Positions 49,484 through 63,198 are shown, counted from the first letter of the whole stretch. The stretch is DNA of 63,216 bases, filler included, from Octopus bimaculoides (GCF_001194135.2; 5 parts of 5 records of this genome joined end to end with filler, not necessarily neighbours in it); one strand, 5' to 3'. Translations and numbers: made by a program. Notes: generated by a model from the letters alone, not told the origin.

Positions 49484-49853
49484 NNNNNNNNNNNNNNNNN
49501 NNNNNNNNNNNNNNNNNNNNNNNNNNNNNNNNNNNNNNNNNNNNNNNNNNNNNNNNNNNNNNNNNNNNNNNNNNNNNNNNNNNNNNNNNNNNNNNNNNNN
49601 NNNNNNNNNNNNNNNNNNNNNNNNNNNNNNNNNNNNNNNNNNNNNNNNNNNNNNNNNNNNNNNNNNNNNNNNNNNNNNNNNNNNNNNNNNNNNNNNNNNN
49701 NNNNNNNNNNNNNNNNNNNNNNNNNNNNNNNNNNNNNNNNNNNNNNNNNNNNNNNNNNNNNNNNNNNNNNNNNNNNNNNNNNNNNNNNNNNNNNNNNNNN
49801 NNNNNNNNNNNNNNNNNNNNNNNNNNNNNNNNNNNNNNNNNNNNNNNNNNNNN

Positions 49854-49894
<41 letters not shown>

Positions 49895-51387
49895 GAGAGA
49901 GATTGTGCGTGTCGTGGTGTTGGCTAGTGATAAAAGATTGATAAAAGAGAGCATAGTAGCTGATGTTAATGAGACATACTAATGTACGATTCATGTTAAT
50001 TCAACACGGAATTTAATATAACCCATCTAAATTTGGTGCGAATTGACCAACTGACCAACTCGGTAATAACTTACTGCGTTAATGTTGGTCAGACATTACT
50101 GTGGCTGGACATCACGTGGGAACATCTCGTCAAATAAAAAAAAAAAAGACGTCAGACCAGCTTGTGGCAAGTAATTACTTTTAAAATATGTTAATGATAT
50201 GTTTATAGTTTATTAGAATGAATGCATGGAAATCGGTAGCCATTTGTTATGATTGATTATTATGCATTTCTTATCCCTTTGTTTTTTGCTTTAGAAAATG
50301 TTGTAGCTTTTATTGTAATTCCATTATAAGATTTTTAGATGGATGACGATGCTTAGATGTGCTTAATTATTTTATAGATCTCAGGGAAAATGTACTTACG
50401 TGCGTATGTATGTATGTATGAATTTTTTGGCGGATTGGGGTAGTTTCATTTATGTTCTTGAGAGACTTCAAGCCGGTTGCTATCAAAGCAAAAGAACTTT
50501 TTGAGTTAAGAGAGCTTCCGGTGTTTGTAAATATGTGGTTAAGCTACTGTATTGGTTGAACTGTTGATGCATACATCCATGTGTGTGCATCTATTCACAT
50601 AAGAATCTCAGATAGAGAAGTTTTGGAATGTCTTACAAATCCTCACTATGTCACAAATAAATTGGATTTGGAGAATTCGTGAGAGTTTCTTTTACTCTTT
50701 TTCCGTGAAACCAAGTGTTTCTAGGTTTTTGTGCAAATTTGTTGGTACCTAACCTAATGCACCTATGACAATAGCGGCATTTCGTCCGTCTTTACGTTGG
50801 GAGTTCAAATTCTGCCCAAGTCAACTCTACCTGTCATCCTTCTGGAGTCGATGAAATAAGTACCATTTGAGCACTGGGGTCGACATAATGAACTATACTA
50901 AAACACCAAAATTTTAGTCCTATAGCAGAAAGCATTATTGTAGTCGCTGTAGCAGATCTTTAGTCACGGGTCAAAACTGGTTAGACTAGAAGTACAATCA
51001 ATTCGACGAGCTTTCATATAGTTTCAATCTACACGAGTTCACTCATATGAAATGGACCGAACTGATGCTTTACAAAATGGCGGCTTCTCAAGGTGCCAAA
51101 TTGCAGAATCGAAATTACTACCTAATCATTGCGACGCAATTTTCTTAACCATTCAGTCACATTACCCTTACGCGATGTCATCATAAATGCTAGTGAGTAT
51201 GGTGAGTTCTTAGGTTTGATTTTGTCATAAGCATAAGCGTAATAACAATCAGATAGTCTTGTCATATATGGATTCGGGCAATAGGTGTATGATTAGATCA
51301 TGAATCTCGCGTATAGCTATGTTATGGTTACTTACATACAGATATGCATACACATACACACACATATATATATGGTGTATGTATGTG

Positions 51388-51466
<79 letters not shown>

Positions 51467-51491
51467 GTATATAGATATATGTGTGTGTATG

Positions 51492-51540
<49 letters not shown>

Positions 51541-52591
51541 ATATGTACATATATATATACATACATATATATATANNNNNNNNNNNNNNNNNNNNNNNNN
51601 NNNNNNNNNNNNNNNNNNNNNNNNNNNNNNNNNNNNNNNNNNNNNNNNNNNNNNNNNNNNNNNNNNNNNNNNNNNNNNNNNNNNNNNNNNNNNNNNNNNN
51701 NNNNNNNNNNNNNNNNNNNNNNNNNNNNNNNNNNNNNNNNNNNNNNNNNNNNNNNNNNNNNNNNNNNNNNNNNNNNNNNNNNNNNNNNNNNNNNNNNNNN
51801 NNNNNNNNNNNNNNNNNNNNNNNNNNNNNNNNNNNNNNNNNNNNNNNNNNNNNNNNNNNNNNNNNNNNNNNNNNNNNNNNNNNNNNNNNNNNNNNNNNNN
51901 NNNNNNNNNNNNNNNNNNNNNNNNNNNNNNNNNNNNNNNNNNNNNNNNNNNNNNNNNNNNNNNNNNNNNNNNNNNNNNNNNNNNNNNNNNNNNNNNNNNN
52001 NNNNNNNNNNNNNNNNNNNNNNNNNNNNNNNNNNNNNNNNNNNNNNNNNNNNNNNNNNNNNNNNNNNNNNNNNNATATATGCATATATATATACATACAT
52101 ACATACATACATATATGTTTGTATAAAAGCCAGTTTAATGTTTAAACTAATGATGATGCCGGTAGATAATGAAAGAATAAAACAATACCCAGAAATTATA
52201 CGTCATAATATTTAGTTATCTAGCTATTAGTATATGTTAAAAATATTAGAAAGATTATGATCTTTAGATTGTAGGAAAAGAAATTATAATTAAGGTGTTA
52301 TTTGTTTTTTGATCAATTAGATGCTTTTCTTTATGTATGGGAACATTTCAATGTAAGAGTGTTTCTACAATTTAATGAATCGAATTTTGAAATAAGTTTA
52401 TCATACATTTTGTCTAGCCAAAGATCAGATTTAAACAACTGAATGGAGCATAACTAATAATGGACTACTTTATATCGTAATTAATGTTCCTCTCTTTCAA
52501 ATCCCTAATACATTTACTAAGATTCATATGTATCTGTTTGATATAGTTAACCAAGTTCGTTTAACACTGAGAGCTTTCTAGATATCTACAT

Positions 52592-52701
52592 ATTCTTTGT
52601 AAGCTTAGTACTTATTCTATCGGTCTCCGCTAAGTTACGGAGACGTAAACACACCAGCATCGGTTGTCAAGCGATGTTGTGGGGGACAAACACAGACACA
52701 A

Positions 52702-52758
<57 letters not shown>

Positions 52759-52931
52759 CATATATACGACGGGCTTCTTTCAGTTTCCGTCTACCAAATC
52801 CACTCACAAGGCTTTGGTCGGCCCGAGGCTATAGTAGAAGATATTTGCCTAAGATGTCACGCAGTGGGACTGAACCCGTAACCATGTGGTTGGTAAGCAA
52901 GCTACTTCCCACACAGCCACTCCTACGCCTA
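52592..52931 (-). mobile_element. Family A SINE, CpG-rich copy
   Basis: Head through CTTACAAAGAAT present on the minus strand. Confidence 0.85.
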
Positions 52932-53229
52932 TATGGTGAAATAAACTAAATATGTCTTTTTTCCACGAAAAGCCTTTGTAAAATAGGGATGCGTCTTATA
53001 CGCCAGCAAATACAGTGTCTCTCATGAGTAGGTGATGATCTCAGCCTTGATTAGCAATCATGTAGAGATGATGTCTCAATAAGATCACTTATTAGCATTG
53101 AACTTTGTATTAAACATCATAACTAAGTGAACCAAGGTTCAAATGTCACAGGGACTGATGTACCGTAAATGATCTTGATCACTGGAGTCTGATCCAGCTC
53201 AACTATATTAGGCCCTACATACAACAAAC

Positions 53230-53552
53230 TTATGTGCATATGTATATATATACATAAACCAGCATGCATACATATAAATACATATAGAAGTACGTACATA
53301 CATAAATATATATACAAACGTGCATACATGCATATACACATACATGTATACATACATACATGCATACATGTATACATGCATACATATATACACACATGCA
53401 TACATACATGTATACATACATGCATACATACATACGTACATGCATACAATAAATTTATGTGCATATATATGCACAAACCAGCATACATATATATAAATAC
53501 ATATAAGCGTACATACATACATACATACATACATACATACATACATACATAC
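53230..53552. repeat. Cryptic (TACA/CATA)n simple repeat
   Basis: Direct inspection. It explains the MYVC and HTYI ORFs. Confidence 0.9.
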
Positions 53553-54267
53553 GTAGAGAAAGAAAGAGAACAATATATGTTGTGACTGTGTAGTTAAGAC
53601 ACACTTATTCATTTCTAGTTCTCTCTTTCATCATCTAGCCTTTCTGTAGATGAGCGTATGCTCGAAACCTTAAACACCTTTTCAAATTTTCCTGAGCGTC
53701 AACCTAATACACTTATTTTGTACCCTATATAGGTATTTATATATTCATTACTATATGTATGTGTTTATTTTTTGTATTGTATATATTTTTTGTATTGTAT
53801 ATATTTTTCGTGTTGTATAAATTTTCTCATCGACTTGTTTTTTGAAACACTATACATTCGTTAATGGGTTAACTTTTCTTGTTAAGTTTTGCTAACGTAG
53901 TCTGTCTTGCGATTTTTCTTCTGTTCTACATATTTCTTATTGTAGGTCATCGATCAATGATCTTTTCGGGGTTATTTGTTTATATGTAGTTGTTGTCAGT
54001 GCCATAAATCTTACCTAGTACAAAATCAGTCAGATATATATACATGAAAAGATGTCACACGTAACGATGTGTTCAACAACATTTAGTAATTGATACAACA
54101 TTCCAGAGCGTGTTAAGTATTCGTGTGTGTCTATCTATCTATCTATTTCTGTATATATATATATATATGTGTGTATCTTGGTCCATCTGAAATACTATAG
54201 CGAAATTGCAATAGAAGCTACAACAGAATGCATAGAACTCAACACATGAGAGTATATNNNNNNNNNN

Positions 54268-54299
<32 letters not shown>

Positions 54300-54364
54300 C
54301 ATAAGTGTGTGCGTGCGTGTGTATAATTATATGTGTGGGTATATCTATGTATGTACATACACGA

Positions 54365-55190
54365 AATGCCTCTAAGCATATCGTCCAGCGTGCAAACGAT
54401 TCTACCTGCTGATCGTCTTACAACTGCTTACAATAATCCTTGCAGTTATAAGCACAAGGCCTGAAATTTCGTGGGAGGGGTTTAGTCGATTATATGTGCA
54501 CCATAACCAAACATAGTATTTATTTCATCGATCGCGAAAGGGTGAAAGGCAAAGTCGACCTCGGCAGAATTTGAACTCAGAGTGTAAAGGTGGACGAGAT
54601 GCTGCTAAGCATTTCGTCCAGCGTGTTAACGATTCTGCCAGCTTGCGCCTTTACAACTACTTATTCTTATTTCTTTACTGCCCACAAGGGGCTACACACA
54701 GAGGGGACAAACAAGGACAGACAAGCGGATTAAGTCGATTATATCGACCCCAATGCGTAACTGGTACTTATTTAATCGACCCCGAAAGGATGAAAGGCAA
54801 AGTCGACCTCGGTGAAATTTGAACTCAGAACGTAGCGGCAGACTAAATACCGATTTCTTTATTACCCATAAAGGGCTATACAAAGAATTTTTAAGACATC
54901 ACAAAACATAAACACAGTACAAAACGCAAACATAGAATCGGGGTAATTAAAATAAAATGATAATATGCAAGAATGAAAAAAATGAGGCGCAATGTCCACT
55001 CGATCCCTTACAAGGACAGACTAAGGGATTAAGTCGATCCTAGTGCGTAACTCGTCCTTATTTAATCGACCCCGAAAGGATGAAAGGCAAAGTCGACCTT
55101 GGCAGAATTTGAACTCAGAACGTAGCGGCAGACGAAATGCAGATAAGCATTTCCCCGACGTGCTAACGTTTCTGCCAGCTCGCCGCCTTC
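54365..55190 (-). mobile_element. Cluster of about four head-to-tail family B SINEs
   Basis: GAAAGGCAAAGTCGACCT(C/T)GG..GAATTTGAACTCAGA repeats at ~54545, ~54795 and ~55083. Confidence 0.85.
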
Positions 55191-55196
55191 TAAGTC

Positions 55197-55496
55197 TAAT
55201 GGCCAGATTACATTAACACTCAGCTTTGTCTTACAATGTCACGAGATTTACATTAAGAATGCTCAATGTCTATGAAATATACGTCTGATGAATGTACCTG
55301 GTAGTTCAGTTGATCGATTTACTGAACACTCATGGCTCGTGATCGAATCGCAATGCACCGATGACCTGACTACCTGTTTCACTGACTATATACTACGAAT
55401 ACGACCAGACTGAATCAATGACCCAACTAAGTTATGACGGTACGACGTCTAATAATATCCTGATATATAAATCACGTGAGCAAAATAACATCATTC
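55197..55496 (-). repeat. Unclassified ~310-bp dispersed module, copy 2
   Basis: Reverse-complement match to 47631-47958. Confidence 0.75.
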
Positions 55497-55726
55497 TGTT
55501 TCGTAATGCCGTCAGTAGAACCTCAGTCACGTATCTACATGCCCTGCTGAAACTAGAAGCTTCTAGTCCAGCAAGTTCACAGTTTATTTTGATGGGGGAA
55601 GATTTAGAAAGGGGGAAGGTTTACTCTAGATTCATTTCAATTTATTCTTGGGTGCTGCATTCTGCCAGTACACAGTGTTTGCATATGGAAGAAAAATCCC
55701 GGTCACATTTCGTTTCGTTTATGTGA

Positions 55727-55797
<71 letters not shown>

Positions 55798-57614
55798 TGT
55801 GCGTGCATGTGTGTGTTATGCGTGTAAACATACACACGCAGGTATTCACACCCACATACGCACACGCACACACGCATACACAAAAGTATGCGTACATATA
55901 TATATATATATATATGGATGTATGTATATATGTTTGTATACATATATATGTGTATNNNNNNNNNNNNNNNNNNNNNNNNNNNNNNNNNNNNNNNNNNNNN
56001 NNNNNNNNNNNNNNNNNNNNNNNNNNNNNNNNNNNNNNNNNNNNNNNNNNNNNNNNNNNNNNNNNNNNNNNNNNNNNNNNNNNNNNNNNNNNNNNNNNNN
56101 NNNNNNNNNNNNNNNNNNNNNNNNNNNNNNNNNNNNNNNNNNNNNNNNNNNNNNNNNNNNNNNNNNNNNNNNNNNNNNNNNNNNNNNNNNNNNNNNNNNN
56201 NNNNNNNNNNNNNNNNNNNNNNNNNNNNNNNNNNGTATATGTGGGTGTCTATAAATATTCATTGGTAAAGAATAAAGAAAAATATTTACTTAAATCAACA
56301 CACACACACACATGTGTATGTAGATTTGTATGTAAATATGTACATATACACATAAGACACATGCGCACACATACATCTCTCTGAACGCCAAATACAGTGC
56401 GTGTTTGAAACATTCCATGACAAAAGTTCGGTTTTCAGTTGATAAACTGGAATAACCAGTCCAATTCTGTTATGGCATCACAATATATATATATGGCAAA
56501 GATATACTGTAGAAAAATATTTTCTATTTAATGTACCACAGTTTATTGCTTGTTGTTGTTTTCGTGTGTGTGTGTATGTGTGTGAGTGTATACATCTAAT
56601 TCATCAGATTTTTGTTTAAAGGTAAATATTTCATTATAAAGGTCATTGTTCTAAGGTGTGATATATATAATATATAAGATGTGTATCTATTCATATATGA
56701 AACACATTCACACACGCGTGTATAGACACACAGACACACACACGCACATACACACACACTCATGCATGCATGCATGCATACATACATACATACATGCGTA
56801 TATATATATGTGTGTGTGTGTATATATATATATATATGTGTGTGTGTATATATATATATATATATAAATATATATATATATACGAATATGTGTGCGTGTG
56901 AGCGTGTGTGTGTGTGAGTGAGAGTGTCTGTGTATAATCCCCAGTAATCTGCTAAATATATATAATCCTTTTTAATCTTATACATACAAACATATATACG
57001 TACATACAAATATGTGTAATCCCCTTTTAGTTTGATATATAAATAAAAATGTTTATTTTTATGCGGGATACTTTTATGTATAAAAACAATTTAACTTTAA
57101 TCTGAAGGATTATACAGTAGATTTTAGTTGGATGCATATTCATAAATTTTTATGGGGTGAAAAAGTTGATAGTGACCACACACACACACACACACAAACG
57201 CGCGCGCGCGCAGACATATTTGTACATATACACATCCTTGTGTATGTGTGGAGGGGGAGTGAAAAAGATTTTCTTAATGTAAAAATTATTAATTATACAA
57301 AAATGTTATTTCTTAAAACATCATGAACCTGATGGACGGAAGTCTTTGTGTGAACGCTTTTCGCTTTTAGTTTTTCAAACGCACGTAACACCGTATTCAG
57401 TTCTGTGTATTTTCCTGGCATCAATTTAGCCAGTAACCAGACTTTTAGTTACAATTTAGTCTGTAACCAAACTTTTGGTTTGTGTTTTAGTTTCTTTTTT
57501 TTTTTTTTTACAATATTTGTTGTTTCTCTCTTTTCTACACGACTGTCCATCAGTTTAGCCTCTGTTACGTATCTATTGGCTTCTTTGGATAGTGAATTGA
57601 TGTGGTCTTCGTTT

Positions 57615-58075
57615 ATCATGCTTTTATCATAGGGCAGGTCCAAGTCTTTGCAAATTATCCAGTAAATATACTGTGCTGTTCTATCATACCTGTTAAGATA
57701 CTTTGTAGGCACAAGAAGACTGCACAGGGAGACAACATAATCAATGGTTCCATTTTGCTGTTTACATACATGACATATTGGGCTACTGCCGTTCTTTGAC
57801 ATGTTAGCCTGGTAGCTTCTTGTAGATAGGCATTGATCTTCGACTGCTATGATAAACCCTTCTGTCTCCGATTTTAAATATCGGAATTATTAGCTCTCTA
57901 TGGGTGTTTTGAGAGGTTTTCGTGCCATTTATTAGTAAGAATATCTCATGCAGCAGTTTTAGCACGGGTCTTCATACGCTTAACGTTTTCTGTGCTTGTT
58001 TCCAGTACGTCTGATTCTGAGATTTGTTGTATTCGGAATATTCACTAAGATATTTCTTTGCCTGTTTTGTTACAG
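57615..58075 (-). pseudogene. R4/Dong-like non-LTR retrotransposon, zinc-knuckle region remnant
   Basis: LKSETEGFIIAVEDQCLSTRSYQANMSKNGSSPICHVCKQQNGTIDYVVSLCSLLVPTKYLNRYDRTAQYIYWIICK matches the post-RT CCHC region of RLE-type elements. Confidence 0.8.
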
Positions 58076-58096
58076 AGTATTATTATTATTATTATT

Positions 58097-58113
58097 AGTA
58101 GTAGTAGTAGTAA

Positions 58114-58158
<45 letters not shown>

Positions 58159-58163
58159 TAGTG

Positions 58164-58218
<55 letters not shown>
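58097..58218. repeat. (TAG)n microsatellite
   Basis: Direct inspection. Confidence 0.95.
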
Positions 58219-58219
<1 letters not shown>

Positions 58220-59070
58220 CTTCGTTTTCCTTTACCATGTACCAGACTAAAAAAAAAAACATTCTTTCTTTAGTACCAGAACAAGAAACAATAATTTTTT
58301 TACTCATTATTTATTCTTTCATAACACGTTTTTTAATCAGCGATTTACACCCCGGCGCTATATATGCATATACATACATTTACACCTGGGAATACATAAA
58401 TGTAGACTGTTCTTAGTCAAAATAAACTTTTATTCAAACTTCTGTTACCCGTTACTCTCACCGGCACACACAAGCACTCCCATAATATTTCTCTACAGCC
58501 TCCTGCCCTTCTTCCAGCCACTAACCCCTCCTCAAGCCCCCACCAACATCACCGCTAACCCCATCCATTTCCTTCTTCCAGTCTAGATCTATCGAGATAT
58601 ATAATGGCGAAGGAAATGATGGGGAGGAATAAGAGAATAATACTTTGCCATTCTCAACTCTCTTATGAAGCCAGTTAACATATATATATTAATATAAACA
58701 TCTAGGCGCAATATAATACCATAAAGGAAAAATTTCATCGTCACTAATTGTGGCTGATGGTGCCGAAGCCCCTATATTGCAAGAAATACGAGTTAAAAAT
58801 TCTTAATGCTGTATAAAGCACACAATATATATACACTGTCAGGGGAGACAACCGCTCTATGGATGATTCTAGGATCCCTGGACTAGATTAGTTTCGCCTA
58901 TAAATCGTTGGCTTGTCAGCAGTGACTATTCAATCGCTCTCTGGTTATCTCTCCTCTCAGTGTACATATATTGTGCTCTTCGTACAGCATAAAGAGTTTT
59001 TAACTCTTATGTTTTGCAATATCGTTGCTTCAGCACCTTCACTCACAATTAGTGTCAATAAAATTCTCCC

Positions 59071-59475
59071 CGTGGTTGTATGGTAAAAAGCTTGCTTCCC
59101 AACTACATGGTTCCGGGTTCAGTACCACTTCGTGGAACTTTTGGCAAGTGTCTTCTACCATAGCCAGGGGCCGAGCAGGGACTTGTGAGTTAATTTGATA
59201 GACGGAAACTGAAAGAACCCCGTCGTTTATGTATATGTATATACTTATATGTTTGTCTCTTTGTTTCTATGTTTGTCCCTCCACCCTCGCTTGACAACTG
59301 GTGTTGAGTTGTTTACGTGCCCGTAACTTAACGGTTCGGTAAAAGAACTAATAGAATAAATGCAAGGCTTACAAAGAATATGTCCTGGGATCGATTTCTT
59401 CGACTAAAATCCTTTAAGGCAGTACTCCAGCATGGCCACAGTCAAATGACTGAAACATGTAAAAGAATAAAAGAA
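59071..59475 (+). mobile_element. Family A SINE, near full length
   Basis: Head, GGTTCAGTACC B box, body and GACTGAAACATGTAAAAGAATAAAAG tail. Confidence 0.8.
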
Positions 59476-59528
59476 TATATAAGTGTGTATGTATGTATGT
59501 GCGTATATATATATATATATATATATAT

Positions 59529-59628
59529 NNNNNNNNNNNNNNNNNNNNNNNNNNNNNNNNNNNNNNNNNNNNTTAATTAATTAANNNNNNNNNNNNNNNN
59601 NNNNNNNNNNNNNNNNNNNNNNNNNNNN
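59529..59628. other. Artificial scaffold spacer N44-TTAATTAATTAA-N44
   Basis: 12-mer at 59573-59584. Confidence 0.95.
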
Positions 59629-60249
59629 GCTCAAAACGTCAAAAACTCTCTTTTCGCTGAGCATCAAACTAATACATTTCTTGTGCACATCCTTTTGTTG
59701 TCTCTTATTGTTAATTCTATGGTTCCTTTATTTGAATTGACTATATATAAGTATATGTATGTATGTACATTTATGTTAAATACAGCAGATTTTGCAGTTT
59801 TTCATTTAACAATTTCCATTCCTGTGGCATTGGTCAAAGTGAGGCTACAATTAAAGGCACTTGTCCAAACTGCCATGCAGTGAGACTGAACTTTTAACCA
59901 CGAAATTGTTAAGTGAACTTTTAAATGACATTGATCTTTCTGCACCACACATTTGCACACATACACTCACACTCGTGCAAACACTTATGCATATGCATGT
60001 TTGTGCGTAATATATGTCTAGTTTGGTAGTTGCACATGACCAGATGTATATAGCTAACACAGCAATATTGTGCAAATATCTGCAGGTGTATGTGCATATA
60101 CATTTATAAATGTCCATGTGTATATGTGTGTTTGTGTATATATATGTATGTGTGAGAGTGTGTTTAAATGTTATCACAATTTGGTGTTGCTTGGCAACTT
60201 AAAATCAAATAGCAAGGATTTATGCTGAAACTCAGACGCTCATAGAAAG

Positions 60250-61743
60250 ATGCACGAGTGCACATGACACACACATACACAAAACACCCCAAAATACATA
60301 CGCACAAACAAACGTGTATGCATGTATATATGTGCACACAAGCACACCTACTTAAGCATACAAATATACATACACAATTGCAGAAATACACACTGACATG
60401 CATACATATACAAACATAAAGAAGTATATATATAGATATATAGACACATATGTACACATACACGCACACACACACATTTAAACATTCACAAATACAGACA
60501 TATACACAGATGTGCATACACACATGCAGACTTACACGTTTCCAGGACATTTGCAGACATGCAAACATACACGTACAAACATAACACAAATCTACACACA
60601 TACACACACACACACACACNNNNNNNNNNNNNNNNNNNNNNNTATTTAAACAGACACACAGACACAGACATAAACACATACAGACTCACAAACACAAACT
60701 AACAGACAACATCCACACACATGCATAGACACATACACAAACACATACATACGTACATATACACAGACACATCCACACATGTAAATCATAAATATAGACA
60801 CACATAAATATGCACTGTTTCACACACGCACACAATACCCATGACCAAGCATAGACACAGGCATGCATACACACACATACACACATCAACACACACAGGC
60901 ACACACATTAAACACGTATGCACACACACACATATACAGAATACACACACTATCTCAGATGCACATACACTTACTTGTACACAAATACAAGCACACACAT
61001 ACACACACACCGGCAGACTCACTCACTTGTACATACACACTCACANNNNNNNNNNACATACACACACACCGGCAGACTCACTCACTTGTACATACACACT
61101 CACATACACATATGCACAGGGACACATAGATACACACCAACATACACATATATACACACAATACATACACCANNNNNNNNNNACATAGATACACACCAAC
61201 ATACACATATATACACACAATACATACACCATCTCAAACATAAACATCCTTGCACACATCCACAAATGCACACACACACACACANNNNNNNNNNNNNNNN
61301 NNNNNNNNNNNNNNNNNNNNNNNNNNNNNNNNNNNNNNNNNNNNNNNNNNNNNNNNNNNNNNNNNNNNNNNNNNNNNNNNNNNNNNNNNNNNNNNNNNNN
61401 NACACTCAAACACATTAAAGATGTATACACACTTGCAGACATACGCATACACACTTGCAGACACACTCACATACATACACATATGCACACAGACACAACG
61501 ACACACACAGACATACACATTAAGCACATACACTCACATAAGCATGTACATATATGCACAATACATACATACATCTCAGACATACACAGGTTTGCACACA
61601 TCCACAAACACACACACATATACACACACATTCACATCTACATGCACACACTCATTCAACTGTACACACCAACACATACAGACACATATGCACAGACACA
61701 AGCACACACAATAAACACATACACACACAGACATACACACACA
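60250..61743. repeat. Long cryptic CA-rich simple repeat with small gaps
   Basis: ACACAC/ACATAC/ACAGAC mosaic. It produces the His/Thr-rich and Cys/Val-rich ORFs in the track. Confidence 0.9.
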
Positions 61744-61843
61744 NNNNNNNNNNNNNNNNNNNNNNNNNNNNNNNNNNNNNNNNNNNNTTAATTAATTAAN
61801 NNNNNNNNNNNNNNNNNNNNNNNNNNNNNNNNNNNNNNNNNNN
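61744..61843. other. Artificial scaffold spacer N44-TTAATTAATTAA-N44
   Basis: 12-mer at 61788-61799. Confidence 0.95.
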
Positions 61844-62413
61844 GCTCAATTTCTTTCACATGCTATTTTATCCATTAATTCGTACGTATCCTTTTTTTTT
61901 TCTTCTTGTAGTACATTTAAGCAAAGCTCTTATTATTTTCATTTATATTTCAATTTCTTTTTTATCATTACTTCTCTATTGTCCTTTCTTTGTCGTTTTA
62001 TCTAAGTTCTTTTTGCTATTAGTATATTTCTTTTCTCCTTTTTTTTTTTTTTACAAAAACTGTTTTCCAAAGCCTAGAATCAGCTACATCCTAAAATACA
62101 AAAGGATTAAAAAAAAGTACTCCTTTCGTTATAAAAGAAATATTTCATTTACTCTCTTACATTTTTTTCTTTATATTTTCCAAAATCCTATTTCTCTCTT
62201 TATTTCGTTCTTTCAGCACTCTCCATTTTCTCTTTATCTCTTTCAATTCAGAAGTATTCTTTTTTTATCTCATTAAGTTTCTCTTTTTCTCTTCTTTCGC
62301 ACCAACATTTCCTCCTCAATTTCTTTACTTTTCTCCTTTCGGTTCTTTACTTTTCTTTCTTTTGCTTCACTTTTTCTCTACTCAACCTGTCCGTTAGTTT
62401 CATACCAACTTAC

Positions 62414-62473
62414 TTTTTGTAACTGCCGATTTGAAACGCCAGTTGGGTTGCAAAATACTGCGATGTATGATAC
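62414..62473 (-). CDS. Candidate internal coding exon (60 nt, phase 2 to 2): YHTSQYFATQLAFQIGSYK
   Basis: CAG/G acceptor and perfect AAA/GTAAGT donor. The frame is open and phase-compatible with 62879-62819. Confidence 0.45.
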
Positions 62474-62818
62474 CTGATTAGATACGGCAGAAAATCTTAC
62501 AAAATTACCAAAAAGTGAATTGAAATGAGCTATTAAAAACACAACAAAAATAAATAAGAATGAATAAGAAGCATTAAAAATAACAAATAAAAGGTAAAGA
62601 ATCGTCATTCTCCTGGTTATATTCTTTGGGGTTTTACATTTCTTTTATTTCTCCCCCATCCCATCTCATTTCATCTTCACCTAAAACGGCATAAAATAAA
62701 ATAAACTATTCTTTTTCTTCAATCGTTAAAGACAAGTAAATCTCTTGTAATAGCAAGTCTTTTCTTGAAAGTTAGTGATGAAATTTTCATTTGTCATTCA
62801 GTATAGAAAGAGTTTTAC

Positions 62819-62879
62819 GTCTCTAGATTGTCGCCGCGCCGCCACACAATCGATTGTTGGCTCAAAGTTATTTCATGAT
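62819..62879 (-). CDS. Candidate internal coding exon (61 nt, phase 1 to 2): HEITLSQQSIVWRRGDNLE
   Basis: First AG after a long poly-T tract, GTAAAA donor, and a GC-rich island within low-complexity flanks. Confidence 0.4.
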
Positions 62880-63166
62880 CTGTTTTATATTAATTTAGTT
62901 ATTTTTCAAAAGAACAAAAAAAAAAAAAAAAAAAAAAAAAAACCCCTGTTCTTTTTGGTTTTGTTCTTTTTTTTTTCCTCAACCATTCCGTCTCTAACCC
63001 TGCAATAAAAAGGAAAAGAAACACAAAAACATGAGAGAGATAGGGGGAGGGGGAGAGAGAACAATAACAATGGAGCAAAAATAGAGGTAATAGAGAAACT
63101 TAACCAAGATAAAGAATGAATTGGGAGTAAGAATATTTCTAGATATGCGTCATATGTTCTTTGGAC

Positions 63167-63198
<32 letters not shown>

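Noticed and set aside
53030-53195. C/D box snoRNA (GTGATGA ... CTGA)
   Set aside because: The terminal stem is weak, the length is atypical and I identified no guide sequence.
60164-61799. His/Thr-rich and Cys/Val-rich ORFs suggesting metal-binding proteins
   Set aside because: They are translations of cryptic (CA)n/(TG)n repeats, open in several frames on both strands.
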